A stretch of DNA of 63,799 bases, the filler included, from Folioceros fuciformis (lineage: Eukaryota): assembly GCA_049999805.1 (NCBI GenBank). It is 10 parts of 10 records of this genome, joined end to end, with 100 filler letters (N's around TTAATTAATTAA, not from the genome) between each part and the next. Parts side by side here need not be neighbours in the genome. Positions count along the whole stretch, not along the records: positions 38,838 to 54,362 come from JBNGIO010001350.1; positions 54,463 to 58,223 come from JBNGIO010001351.1; positions 58,324 to 62,544 come from JBNGIO010001352.1; 7 more parts are not named here. One strand, written 5' to 3'. Below are positions 46,877 to 62,644 of the stretch, piece by piece. The number at the start of each line of letters is the position of its first letter. The stretch's first letter is position 1. Below the pieces are notes generated by a model. It was not told the DNA's origin. It was given only the letters and a program-made list of their open reading frames with translations, and did no database searches. The translations under genes and the position numbers were made by a program.

Positions 46877-49486
46877 TCAAGAAACGATAGAACAAGGTCT
46901 CAAGGTGCGTCTTTCACGAGGAGTATGGGGTTTGTCGTTGAGGGAAGGTGACATAGTCAGCTGCTCGCTGTGCCCATGCAAACCATCTTGCTTTATATCA
47001 ACGAAGAAATCTGTCGGTGAAAAGTCTACATATTCTTCCGCCTTCAATGTGGAGAAGAAGTGTTTCAGCCTGGTTTGACACTTGGGATGTTTTTCATCCT
47101 CAGCCAGGAAACTGTGCACCAGTCCAGCCATGTCTGTCCACCAGCTCTGAGCTGGTTGCTTCCATGCCCTGATGCTTGCCCTCCTCGATCTTATTTCGCC
47201 TGCCTGATCCCACATCTCTGCACCCCTGTATATGTTGGACATCAGGACATAAGCTGCAGCATCTCTCCTGTCTAGCTGCAGTGCTTGGTCGAACGCATGG
47301 CATCCCACTTCGACGTTGCTCCACTTTCTACAAGCACCCAGCAGAGTGTGCCAGACAGCAGCATTGGGCAGGACAGGCATTGTTCTTGTCACAGATAATG
47401 CCTCCTTGAGTAGGCCTGCACGGCCCAGGAGATCCACCATGCATGTGTAGTGCTCTACTGTGGGTGAGATTCCGTAGTGTCTACTCATAGCCTGGAAGTA
47501 CTGGCTCCCCTTGTCCACTAGAATTGCGTGGCTGCAGACCGTTAGTATGCTGAGGAAAGTGACGCTGTCTGGCTGAATGCCCTCCTCTGTCATTCTCTGC
47601 ACCAGGTCGAAGACCACTTCACTGTCTCCCTGGCAGGAGTAGCCTGCAATCAGTGCACTCCAGGCAACAATGCCTCGTTCAGGCAATTCGTCAAACACCT
47701 GTCGTGCATCGACCATGCTCCCAGATTTTCCGTACATGTTTACTAGACTGCTGGCTACAAAAACATCAGCTTGAAGCCCTCGCTCTTCAATCTGTGCATG
47801 CAGCTGCCTTCCCAGATGCAAAGCTGCCACATTTGCACATGCCTGAAGGAGGCAGACAAATGTCACAGCATCAGGTACAGTAACGCCCTCCTGTTCCATG
47901 GCTACGTAAAGTCGAAGGGCCTCCTGTCCCATGCCCTGCTGAGAGTAACCTGCTATCATGGCATTCCACGTCACAACGTTCTTCTGATCCAGTCCATCAA
48001 ACACCCTCTGAGCATCTTCCAAGCTGCCACACTTCGCATACATATTCACCAGACCGTTGGCTAGAACGACATCAGCTTGATGTCCTTGTTCTCGAATATG
48101 CTGGTCAAGCTGCTTCCCCACCTCCAAAGCCGACGTGCCCACACTTGCACATGCCTGCAGGAGGCATGCGAATGTGGGGCAATTGGGTGCAACCAAGCCT
48201 TCTTTCTGCATAGCACGATAGAGACGAAGGGCTTCATGGCCCATGCTCTGCTTGATATACCCTACCATCAGAGCATTCCATGTCACCACATCTTTCCGAC
48301 CAAGGCCCTCAAACACTCCCTGAGCGTCCTCCAAGCTTCCACACTTTGCAAACATGTTCACCAAACTGTTGGCCACAAACACGTCATCTTGATAGCCTCG
48401 CTCTCTGATCTGAGCATGAAGCTGCTTCCCCATCTCCAAAGCTGGAGTGCCCACACTTGCACATGCCTGTAGGAGGCAAACAAATGTAACCGAATTGGGC
48501 ACAGCGACGCCTTCTGCTTCCATATCCCTGAAGAGTCGAAGAGCTTCCTCCCCATTGCCCTGCTGGGAATATCCTGATATTAGAGCAGTCCACGTGACCA
48601 CATTCTTTTGGCCAAGTGCGTCAAACACTCTTCGGGCGTCTTGTAAGCTGCCACACTTTGCATACATGTCCACCAAGCAACTAGAGACAAACATATTCGG
48701 CTCAACGCCAGAAGCTAGCACATCAGCATGTAGCTCCAGCCCAGTCTTCAAGTCTTGCCCCCTTGCACAAGCCTGAAGGGCTGCCACAAATACATGGCCA
48801 TCTGGCTTCACACTGGATTTCCGCATCCGATTATACAAATGGAGGGCTTGCCTGTCTTGTCCGTGTTTAACATGCGCAAAAATTATGGAAGACCAAATGA
48901 AGGCATCTGGTTTTGCAACGGCTTCGAACACATTCACCGCATCTTGCAGCCTGCCATGGGAGGCATACATTCGCAGAATGTAATTGCACAGGAACGTATC
49001 TGACTCGTAACCCATCTTTGCCGCGAAAGCATGGACTCGGCGACCTTGGACAACATCCTTCTTCACCGTACACTCCTTCAGCACAGCATAAAGGAGGGGC
49101 CTGGAGACACAACAGTCTGTCTCCACCAGCACTCCCAATGCGTTTACAGCCTCACAGAGATGGCCTTGATGACATAACTTGATCACTGTCCCAGCCGATA
49201 CACTCCTTTCGTACCCTGCTTGCCTGCGACAACAGACCTTCTTATCCAGCGCATCAAGCTCTTGGTCGATGCAGGTTCTGTCCACAGCCCGACATACCAT
49301 TCGCCTACCTGGGTTTCTAGCAAAGGGGCTGCACCTCCGAGGTTCGTTGTCTGCCGAGTCCTGGTTTCTTGAAGTTACATGTCCGGATGCTATCAGCCCA
49401 CTACTTTGCTGGGTCCACGAGGACGGTACCCACAACAGCTCCAGTTGCCCTTTGACTGACTCAATTGCGACGCTCCACACAGCCAT
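46877..49486 (-). CDS. PLS-E class PPR protein with truncated WW-type DYW domain, intronless
   Basis: PLS triplets; EHYTCMVDLLGRAG and E motifs (AAYVLMSNIY); KQPAQSWWTD; HSE present, then a stop before CxxC/DYW. Confidence 0.92.
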   Translation of the reverse strand: MAVWSVAIESVKGQLELLWVPSSWTQQSSGLIASGHVTSRNQDSADNEPRRCSPFARNPGRRMVCRAVDRTCIDQELDALDKKVCCRRQAGYERSVSAGTVIKLCHQGHLCEAVNALGVLVETDCCVSRPLLYAVLKECTVKKDVVQGRRVHAFAAKMGYESDTFLCNYILRMYASHGRLQDAVNVFEAVAKPDAFIWSSIIFAHVKHGQDRQALHLYNRMRKSSVKPDGHVFVAALQACARGQDLKTGLELHADVLASGVEPNMFVSSCLVDMYAKCGSLQDARRVFDALGQKNVVTWTALISGYSQQGNGEEALRLFRDMEAEGVAVPNSVTFVCLLQACASVGTPALEMGKQLHAQIRERGYQDDVFVANSLVNMFAKCGSLEDAQGVFEGLGRKDVVTWNALMVGYIKQSMGHEALRLYRAMQKEGLVAPNCPTFACLLQACASVGTSALEVGKQLDQHIREQGHQADVVLANGLVNMYAKCGSLEDAQRVFDGLDQKNVVTWNAMIAGYSQQGMGQEALRLYVAMEQEGVTVPDAVTFVCLLQACANVAALHLGRQLHAQIEERGLQADVFVASSLVNMYGKSGSMVDARQVFDELPERGIVAWSALIAGYSCQGDSEVVFDLVQRMTEEGIQPDSVTFLSILTVCSHAILVDKGSQYFQAMSRHYGISPTVEHYTCMVDLLGRAGLLKEALSVTRTMPVLPNAAVWHTLLGACRKWSNVEVGCHAFDQALQLDRRDAAAYVLMSNIYRGAEMWDQAGEIRSRRASIRAWKQPAQSWWTDMAGLVHSFLAEDEKHPKCQTRLKHFFSTLKAEEYVDFSPTDFFVDIKQDGLHGHSEQLTMSPSLNDKPHTPRERRTLRPCSIVS

Positions 49487-49880
49487 GGTTCTCGACAGCC
49501 GGCAGCTCACATCTACGCGAGTACCGCTCTAGTTTCCATGGATTAATTCTCATGCTGTAAGATGAAGGCCCTCGCGGAGGAAGCATAGCGATGGTAGGAC
49601 TCCCGGTCTCACGACTCCAACGGCTATGGCAGAGGCTGGCCCCCGCCCAGGGGCCAGGACGAGATGAAAACGAGGTATCGGGATGAAATCCGATCTGGAG
49701 GAAGCACCATATTGATGGAACATCCATCCTCAACTCCAATGAGGAGAAAGGAGCATTCTCTTAAATAGAGAATTTTTGACATGCAGAGGTCTCCATGATG
49801 CGGACTTTGAGATGAAGTCTGATCAGCTTAGATGGAACTGACTGGAACACGAAGGTGCAACGTGAGCTTCGGAAGTCATT

Positions 49881-54362
<4,482 letters not shown>

Positions 54363-54462
54363 NNNNNNNNNNNNNNNNNNNNNNNNNNNNNNNNNNNNNN
54401 NNNNNNTTAATTAATTAANNNNNNNNNNNNNNNNNNNNNNNNNNNNNNNNNNNNNNNNNNNN
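54363..54462. other. Artificial contig-join linker
   Basis: N44-TTAATTAATTAA-N44. Confidence 0.98.
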
Positions 54463-54927
54463 TATTACCAAGTGTACCCAAACCATTAACTCCTCGTCTT
54501 GTTGCCTCGGCTTATAACTTTCTATGCCCTAGTAGGGCATTTGGCACTTTCTCCCCAAGGAGTCTCTCTATGGCAACAAGTCTGGCTCCAAGGCTTCCCT
54601 ATGGACGTTGTTCCATATGTATTATCTACTATCATCTTAAAGATCTTCTAGTGGTTTTTCTGAAGTTGTTTACCTTGACCACAACAGTAGCAATCGAAGT
54701 GAACCGACCGAAGAGTTCATGAGATTCATGCCTTAATAGAGGAAAAGTTTTGCAATGGCAATTGAGTTTGAGGCTTGACTAGGTAGCCCCTTAAAGGTTG
54801 CCACCATGAATAAAGCTAACAAGAGAACTTGAAATATCATAGTTTGAGAGTTGAAAGAAGGGTCTACCTACCACAAGAGTCCTAAACAGAGTCTTTCTAC
54901 CACCAGAGTCATAAACAATGCCTCCCT

Positions 54928-54999
54928 TGTACTCCTTGTTCTTGTTCACAATGTACTCCTTGTTCTTGCTCTCAATGTACTCCTTGTTCTTGTTCTCAA
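54928..54999. repeat. 24-bp tandem repeat x3
   Basis: tgtactccttgttcttg(t/c)tc(a/t)caa x3. Confidence 0.85.
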
Positions 55000-55277
55000 A
55001 ACAACATCTACCAATGCTCTGCAACAACTCCTCCCTTGCACTTGCTATCATTCAGAAAATAGTAGTTGCTAATGCCCTTCGGAGAGCAATGGATGCCTAT
55101 TATCCAATGAAGGCCACAATATGGGGTCTTCAAGGCTAGAAAACTTATACAGAGTTATGGTTGGGATGGAGATGACCACTAGTTTGAAGAGCTTCTACCT
55201 GGAAAACCACCATTCAATGAACTGTAGATGCTTTTGAAGCTATTCTTCAGTTGGATTTGCACGAAAAACATGTATGA

Positions 55278-55553
55278 ATAGAACTTCTGACACCCATTGA
55301 TTAGGTAGAACTTCTAACACCCATTAATTAGGTAGAACTTCCAACACTCACTAATTAGGATAGGTATCAGACACCCATTGATTAGGTAAGACTTTGGACA
55401 CCCACACAATACCCACTGATGAGGTAGGACTTGTGACAACATTAATTAGGTAGAACTTCCAACGTTCAAAGATTATGAGGTAGAACTTCTGACACGATTG
55501 ATTAGGTAGAACTTCCAACCCCACTGATTAAGATAATATTTGACACCCACTGA
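55278..55553. repeat. Diverged ~27-bp tandem minisatellite, ~9-10 copies, probably transposon-derived
   Basis: Unit aggtagaacttc(t/c)(g/a)acacccattgatt repeated with variation. Confidence 0.8.
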
Positions 55554-56355
55554 TGGCAACCGACATTTTGTGAATTGGAAACAATAGTTACCACATGTCG
55601 AAGCAAGAATTTGAATAACCAAGAGCTAAAAGATGCTTCCCCAACAGCTTGCAAACATCCTTTATGCCAAGCATGCCCAAATCCATTAGTGAAGTTGTTG
55701 TAGCTCATACAGTATTTTTCAATGTAAATATATGAATATTGTACATGACATCTTGTCTGAAAGAATTTTAGCATTTTCTTATTTTTTATTTTAACATAAC
55801 CTTATTATTTTATAAAAGAATGTATATAATATTATTGAATATTAAAAATAAATAAATTTTTGTATAGACTCATAACACATTTCTAGTAGACTTTTGGTGG
55901 TGTTTGGTAATTAGAGTGCATAAAACAAGAATAATCAATCAGTTCATCATTATGACTTGCTCTAGGATGCGCTTTGCGGTATAACAACCGATGGGATGAT
56001 GCGAGATGTTTTATTTAGAAACAATGAAGAAAGATAATGTAGAAAGAGGTAGCTTTCAGAAGATGGACAAGACATGGCATTTGAGAGAAAAACAGAAATG
56101 GAATGGATCTAACAGAGGTCTATTGCTGAGATGAGGACTCATATCCCAGATCAACTGAAGCAACAATGCATTAACTAAGATTAACTTGCTATGAGCCTAA
56201 ATTGAAGTGAAAGTAGTTACGAGTGGGGCAGGAGGGACTGCTGCTGCAGGTTTGAGGGTATGGAAGATGGTGGTTGGAGCAACAGGGATCTACCGGCTGA
56301 TAAGTGACGGGAACGACTGCTTCCAGAGATGCAGCCCAGAGTGACTGACCTGGCT

Positions 56356-57181
56356 CTAGAAGCCCTGCAAGAACAGGACGATGCCCGTGAAGATGCCCGC
56401 AGTAGTGGCCACCATAGCCTGCTCAGGGAGTAGCAAGCAGTGTTACACATTGGTGTGTGTCAGGGTTTTGGAAGACAGGCAAGGCTCGTGAATGACGACT
56501 TAGAAGACTCCAGGTTCTCGACGGATTTACCGCAACAGCACATGCAGCAAGTCCGGCCAGCTCCCTGGGGTCACTCTCCTGGTAGGCAGAAAAATACAGG
56601 TACGAGGCGTAGAGCCAGGCTAGTGGAATTCCGAAACCAAGCAGAAACCTGCGCATGTGAGAAAACGTTCAGATGATTTTGAAAAGCGGGGAAAGGGAAT
56701 CGAGTCACCAGGTCTGGCCGACTCACAGGAACCAGCCGATGCCACAGCCGCAGAAAGGCAGCGGTTCATCGTACAGTCCCGAGTAAGGATGCGGGTCTAT
56801 GTTGCCTCCATGAGGCTGTCCTCGAAGCCGTCCGTATGCACCTGCAGTTGAAAACGTTGGTCCATTTCGGAGCATAGCATAGCTCCTTTTCTTTGAGGAG
56901 ATGTAATATTGGCTCTTGTGGCTTAAGGAAATGAGACATCTCTTTAGACTGCCTACCAAGGGAGCCGTACTCCGGCCCGGTCAGAGCCATTGAGAACGCA
57001 TCACGGAGAAGTCGCTTCTCTCGGGGTGAACTTTCCGCTGCAATCTCTTCGTCTCTGCCTCCGTCATCTTCCTGTTTCGACCGTCACTCATCAAACTCGG
57101 CAAATCTCAAGTAAATTGTGTACGCTCCAGCCTGTATTAGCTCACCTGGTGCAGCGCCGGGCAGAATAGATCGGCCTCCAT
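56356..57181 (-). CDS. 'Ribosomal protein L18a-like' (L18ae-family-annotated) small membrane protein, ~5 coding exons
   Basis: Spliced: ..YDEPLPFCGCGIGWFLFLLGFGIPLAWLYASYLYFSAYQESDPRELAGLAACAVAAMVATTAGIFTGIVLFLQGF*; start uncertain. Confidence 0.8.
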
Positions 57182-58223
57182 ATTCTAGCCTTTTTTGGTC
57201 ATCCACCTCTGCAGAGTGGGATTCAAGTACAAGGCAAAACCAAACTCCACTGCGAACAGGAGCCCGGTGGCAACCACAAGACCAGCCAGGCAGAGAGGCC
57301 CCATCGTGATCTGTCCCGACGGAAATCCGGCAGAAATGCAATCAAAACGACTGCAGATTATGCAAAGCCAAACTCATCAAGTCTCGAGGCAACCGGCATA
57401 CGGGGACTCAGAAATTCTTCGATTCTCAAACAGAACCTCGAAGAGAAACAGACTTCCAATGCTCGTTACATGCAAATACCTCGGCGACAGGAAGTGTCCA
57501 CACAGTGGCAGATCTTTAGAGGCCAACAGGCGTTACAGCGCGGCAATGAGTTCTTGCAAGCTCGCAGAGCAGCAAGAAAACAAAGGACGTTGGCGGTTGT
57601 GGCAGAGGCCGCCGACTGTCGGTCTGTGCTCGCCCGGTCGCAGACCAGCGGTCGTTCGTCAGCTGCCGATCCAAATGTCTTCGGTATTCTGTGGGTTTAA
57701 GAGCAACACGAGGCTTGAGAGGTTTTAGCAAGGCCTTCTGGATCAGAAGCGAAGCTGGGTAGAAGTCCTTCCTTCTCAATCACGTCAGTTGCAGCTCCGG
57801 ACGTTGGTGAACGAGAGGAAATTTTCGTGGCTTGATTCTTCGGAAATTCGACTCACTCCTGCTGCGTTGCATTGGAGTGGTAGGAATCGCTTTCGACACA
57901 TCATGGGTGCTTAACAAGAGCACATTGTGGGTCGTGATGGCGGCTTTCTCTCCAGCGGCATCCTCGTCGCATGCATTGGCGTGCAATGGCGGTCGCTGGC
58001 GGGCTGTCAGGATATCCGGAAGCGTTCCGTACTCGTCATGGTGCCCTGTCTTGGTTGGAGGGCCTGCCAATGCAATGCCTCGGCTATGGTCTAAGGCGTG
58101 GCGGAGGGAGGAGGTGGCCAGGAAGGCTCTGGTCAGGTTCTACAGAAGGTCTGATTGCTGCAAGCAGGTGGGGGTTCGCAGTGGAGGCTATGGCGGGGAG
58201 GAGGTCTTGTCAGTGTCTCGGTT

Positions 58224-58323
58224 NNNNNNNNNNNNNNNNNNNNNNNNNNNNNNNNNNNNNNNNNNNNTTAATTAATTAANNNNNNNNNNNNNNNNNNNNN
58301 NNNNNNNNNNNNNNNNNNNNNNN
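58224..58323. other. Artificial contig-join linker
   Basis: N44-TTAATTAATTAA-N44. Confidence 0.98.
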
Positions 58324-58422
58324 GGCTTGTCCATGGCGAAGGACCCCAGATGCTCATTGTCACCACTAAATCAGTTGCACATGGCACGCACAGGCAACTC
58401 CGGACTCCTTATCATGACCCCG

Positions 58423-59999
58423 CTACTGAGAGTTTACCTCTACTGGTATTAAGCTGCTTATCATCTGAGCACTTTTTACAGACACTGAATCACTGTTGCT
58501 CTCGGTGCAATGAATTTGAAACCATGGCTGCCTCTCTTGCTGATACAATCTGCAAACGGCACACATATCAAGCTTAAGCTGCAAAAGAAAATGATGTCCA
58601 TCTAGCAACACCATGCAAAATAAATAAGGAGGGTAGGCTATACGAGCTTACGGATGTTGACACAGGGTGGGAACAGAAATGACAAGAGTGTATTTGCATG
58701 TCGGAGCCTCCTTGAATGACAGTATCGAAAGCTCTTCGGCACAGACAAACCTCACCTGCATCTCCACACGGCCATACATTCAGCATGCAGCCCCATTGCT
58801 GAGTGAGCAATGTTACTCAGAAGATGAGAAACATACCTCACTCTGCCTCAGCTGACCAGTCACATCACAGATTGTTCCGTTGGTGAACACATGAGCGTGG
58901 TATCTGTTAAGCAAGTTGCGGACTTGGCTCAAATTCCGGTTACTAGACATAAAAAGAACACAAAGACAGAGAGCAATAGTGAAAGGGAAAACAGCTTCTG
59001 ATGTGGGGGTGAGTGCAACTTTGGAACCTTTGTGCAGCTATTCGAGAGCGAGGATCTGGTTGAGTAAACACATCAGACGAGTTCTTCTGCAGAGCAGCCG
59101 TCGCCTCCGCATCATACTTCCCTAGAGAGAACTCTATGGCCTTCCCCTGGACAAGAAAGCACAGCTCCGTGTCAAACCAGGAAGCAACGATAGGTGAAGC
59201 ATTGGATACTCGAAATCTCCAGCAGCTCGTCTCACTTTGTTGTCCTTATCATCGTGATATTGTTTGAAATGTTTTTGGTAGGAGAACTCATACATCCACC
59301 AGCCCTCACTCTGCAGGAAAGACAAGAAACATGTGGTTTAGGTCATCATGAAAGCCAGTCCTGATCTCCATAACAGCATCCAGAAAACAGCTGCAATCAG
59401 AATCATACCTTCAAAAGAAGCTTGTCCCTTAAAACATCTAAAAGATCGTCAGCAGTCTTCCTTGTGGTTTTGTGATCGGTTGGCACCCCAGAGCTGGTGC
59501 CATTCTGTTTAGCTTCGGTGGTGTGTTGTACCAAAGGCTTCGGCAGTGCGCACACAAACTTTCGGCCCTCATGGTTTGTCATGACCACAACCTCCTGACC
59601 TGATTTCTACGCCACCAAAACGAAAGGTTACATCATCATGTTCCGGCAAGAAAGGCCACACGTGACTCTGCTGGCGTGTCATTGTTGGTAGGCACGAACT
59701 CCAAAATCAGGTGAAGCTGCAGGAATGCGAACTTGAAGCATACCGGTACATAAGGTGAAGGAGTCGGGTGCATCTCGATGGTGTACTTAGGGTCATGAAA
59801 GTTGAGAACTTGCTCATTTTCTGCTGCAAAACATTATGGTGAAAAAAAGGAACCCGGAGGTGCCAGTTGGAATGTCAAATGGACGTCGCGGTCAAACATG
59901 TGGCATACCTTCTGAATCAGGACCAACGCGCTCAGAATTTGCACCAGCGAAAGCAACTAGGCACAGTTCCAGCAGCACCAACAAGCACGGCAAGGCCAT
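58423..59999 (-). CDS. OS9: OS9 ER-associated degradation lectin (MRH domain), ~8 exons
   Basis: Signal peptide; MTNHEGRKFVCALP, EGWWMYEF, RYHAHVFTNGTICDVTGQLRQSEVRFVC, EAPTCKYTLVISVPTLCQHP; 3' end approximate. Confidence 0.88.
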
Positions 60000-61034
60000 C
60001 GACACAATCCTTTAGCGGGCTCCAAGCCTGAGAGACGAGCTTCACAAATAATCAGAAGCCCCTTGTGCCTGGATTCCATGCCACCCGACAACATCACAAC
60101 ATGCTTCTCCACTTGCGAGAACCGGCTAATAATCAGGTCTTCCAATTGCAAGAAAACTGGACGCCAGGGTGGTTAACTTACCGTCACAGCTATGAATCAC
60201 GCATAATTATCCACATCTGGAGAGCAGCTAGTGTTGCCAGCTTGCTCCTTCATCCCTCACACGCCACCAAGTTCATAGAATTTTTGACAACGCCTGTCCA
60301 GACATGATTTGACTGTCTGTCGTAACTTGAAATACGTACCGTATGTGTCATTTTAGGGTTGGCTTGTCTGGGGCTTCAATCTGTCAGGGAAGACACATGG
60401 TTTGGATTTCGGACTATACACGGGCTTCTCGATCTCGGTGGAGTTAGGTCGGAGCGTACGCGTATTGTTCGGATATAGAGCTTCAGCTTCCTCGGTAACC
60501 GAAATGGCACCTTCCTATTTGCGTGGGATCTGAAGGATTCTGGAGCGCTTACCCGCGCAAGGATGTGATTCCTCGTGATTCTTGCAAACTGCCGGACTCC
60601 GGTGGAACACCCAATAATTGAGCACAGATGACCCTACGATTATATTCTGGACCAAGTTCGAATGGGCGGCATTCGAGCTGGTGACTTGAAGACGCCATCT
60701 TTAAGTGTCAGTGCATTCTATGAGTTGCGTTGGTATTGTATGATAATACCATTTAGTAGGCTGCTGTCACGTGGTTCGCTCGACCCTTTTCTTTTCTCTG
60801 GAGGATGGTCATCAGAGGGGCTAGCTGTGGCCCAGACTAAAGCTTGGACGCCTGTTGGGAGAGGAATTGGGTGTGGAATTGTCAGGATCTGACGCGAGAC
60901 TCGAAAGCTAGCTTGATATATGTATACGAGTCGAAAGCTGTAAGGCAGGGGTCACTCGTTGGTCACGCGGGAAAGCAAAGATTTTAACAGCGCGACCATG
61001 TCTGTTGCATGCCTGGCCAGGAAGTACGAGTGAG

Positions 61035-61084
61035 TGGCACAGGCACAGGCACTGGCACAGGCACTGGCACTGGCACCGGCACTG
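61035..61084. repeat. Hexamer microsatellite (GGCACA/GGCACT)n
   Basis: Direct reading. Confidence 0.85.
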
Positions 61085-61289
61085 CAGAGCCATTTCTGTG
61101 CAGCTCACAACAAATATAGCGTTGCAGACAACAGCTGGCACACCCGTAAAGGACGGGATGCGTAGCAGTATCCAAGTTGTTAGCAAACAGGGGTGGCTCC
61201 TCCAAGCAAAACCTTGCAAGCTTGGACCACATCATGGAAGTGAGGCAGATCCGAGGGACACACACTCATATCCTACCAGCAGCTAGTCT

Positions 61290-61335
61290 AGACCGGACCA
61301 GACCGGACCGGACCAGACCGGACCGGACCAGACCA
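61290..61335. repeat. Pentamer microsatellite (GACCG/GACCA)n
   Basis: Direct reading. Confidence 0.85.
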
Positions 61336-62544
61336 GCTCATTCGGTCCGCACCAGGTCGAGCCCAGTCCAAATTGCACGGCCAGTACAGGATACAATCAC
61401 GGGACCCAGGATGAGCCGGTGGAGAGGAAGTAAGAGGCGTTTCTGGTCCCCAGCCTCTGACAGTCGGACTGACATGAGTGGAGCTCCACCTCCAGACTTC
61501 ATGGCCTAGCTTGCTCTCACCACACCACAGAGAGTGGCCTGCAATTGATTTCTCAGTGAAAGCCTTGGTAACGTTTTCCGGTCAGCAAATGATGAAGATA
61601 GTCAGAGCACTCATTGAGTCTCATGCACTTGGCAGTACCAGCTGTGGCTTGCAAGGCTGAACCCAAGTGCTCCCAGAAAAAGAGTAGTTTACTATGCCCG
61701 ATTAAAAGCTGAATCTGGTCCATATAAAGCTGGAATTGCGCACATTGAATGGAAGGGCGCAAGCAGGATACGAAGTACAGCCACACGAGCGCTACAGTGC
61801 GCTCTTTAAAGAACGGAACACCAGCTGCAGCTTTGCAGCAGAGGCAGCAGTGGCAGCCACAATCCTGCGCAATACAACCTCTGCGGACGACTCAGTGCAC
61901 CCTTCCAGAACTTTTTATTGGACAGCTTTTCCGCAAAAGTGGGCACTTATTTTGCCGGCCCCCTGACCCGTACTGATCTTCCCGTCAAGCTCCGCATTCC
62001 CTTTCCCAATCCCATTCGCATACATCCGCCCACCTTGGGGGTAACCTTCCGACTAAAAGTTTAGCAAGGCTGCAAGCGACTAGGCATTTACACACCTTGC
62101 CAAGCATTCAAGGCTCAAGTTCAAGAAACGGACAAACCGGGCCAGGAATAGGCGTGCTTATTCCTGACCTCGCTTGTCCGCTTATCGAACCCTAAACCTT
62201 GCCGCTTGTGGTCTCTTCACCTGGGGTATTCCTATTACGGAAGAAATATTTTAAGATAATATGGTGAATAGGCCCATCAAGGTATTGCAAACCAAGCATA
62301 ATTTTTTTTTTTTTTTTAAGGAAAGGTAAGGTTCGGTTCGGTTCGTGGGAAGCTCGCGAAACTAGTTGTGTGCTATCCAACACAGCAGAAGCCAACCGAG
62401 TACGAGCGGGAGGGGAGAGTACCGTACAAGTGCCTCGGGCTACTGTTTGGCTGGGTGTTGTGCGTTGTGGCACCCTTGGCTTAGAACAGGTGGCACTATG
62501 ACTCGAAATCCCAAAAGAGCCTGGACGTATCTCTTCTCGGAAAG

Positions 62545-62644
62545 NNNNNNNNNNNNNNNNNNNNNNNNNNNNNNNNNNNNNNNNNNNNTTAATTAATTAA
62601 NNNNNNNNNNNNNNNNNNNNNNNNNNNNNNNNNNNNNNNNNNNN
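62545..62644. other. Artificial contig-join linker
   Basis: N44-TTAATTAATTAA-N44. Confidence 0.98.

Noticed and set aside
55278-55553. CRISPR-like regularly spaced repeats
   Set aside because: Units are contiguous and diverged with no unique spacers and no cas genes, in a eukaryotic context; this is a minisatellite
60000-62544. His/Trp- and Arg/Pro/Asp-repeat ORFs
   Set aside because: They are translations of hexamer and pentamer microsatellites in intergenic DNA
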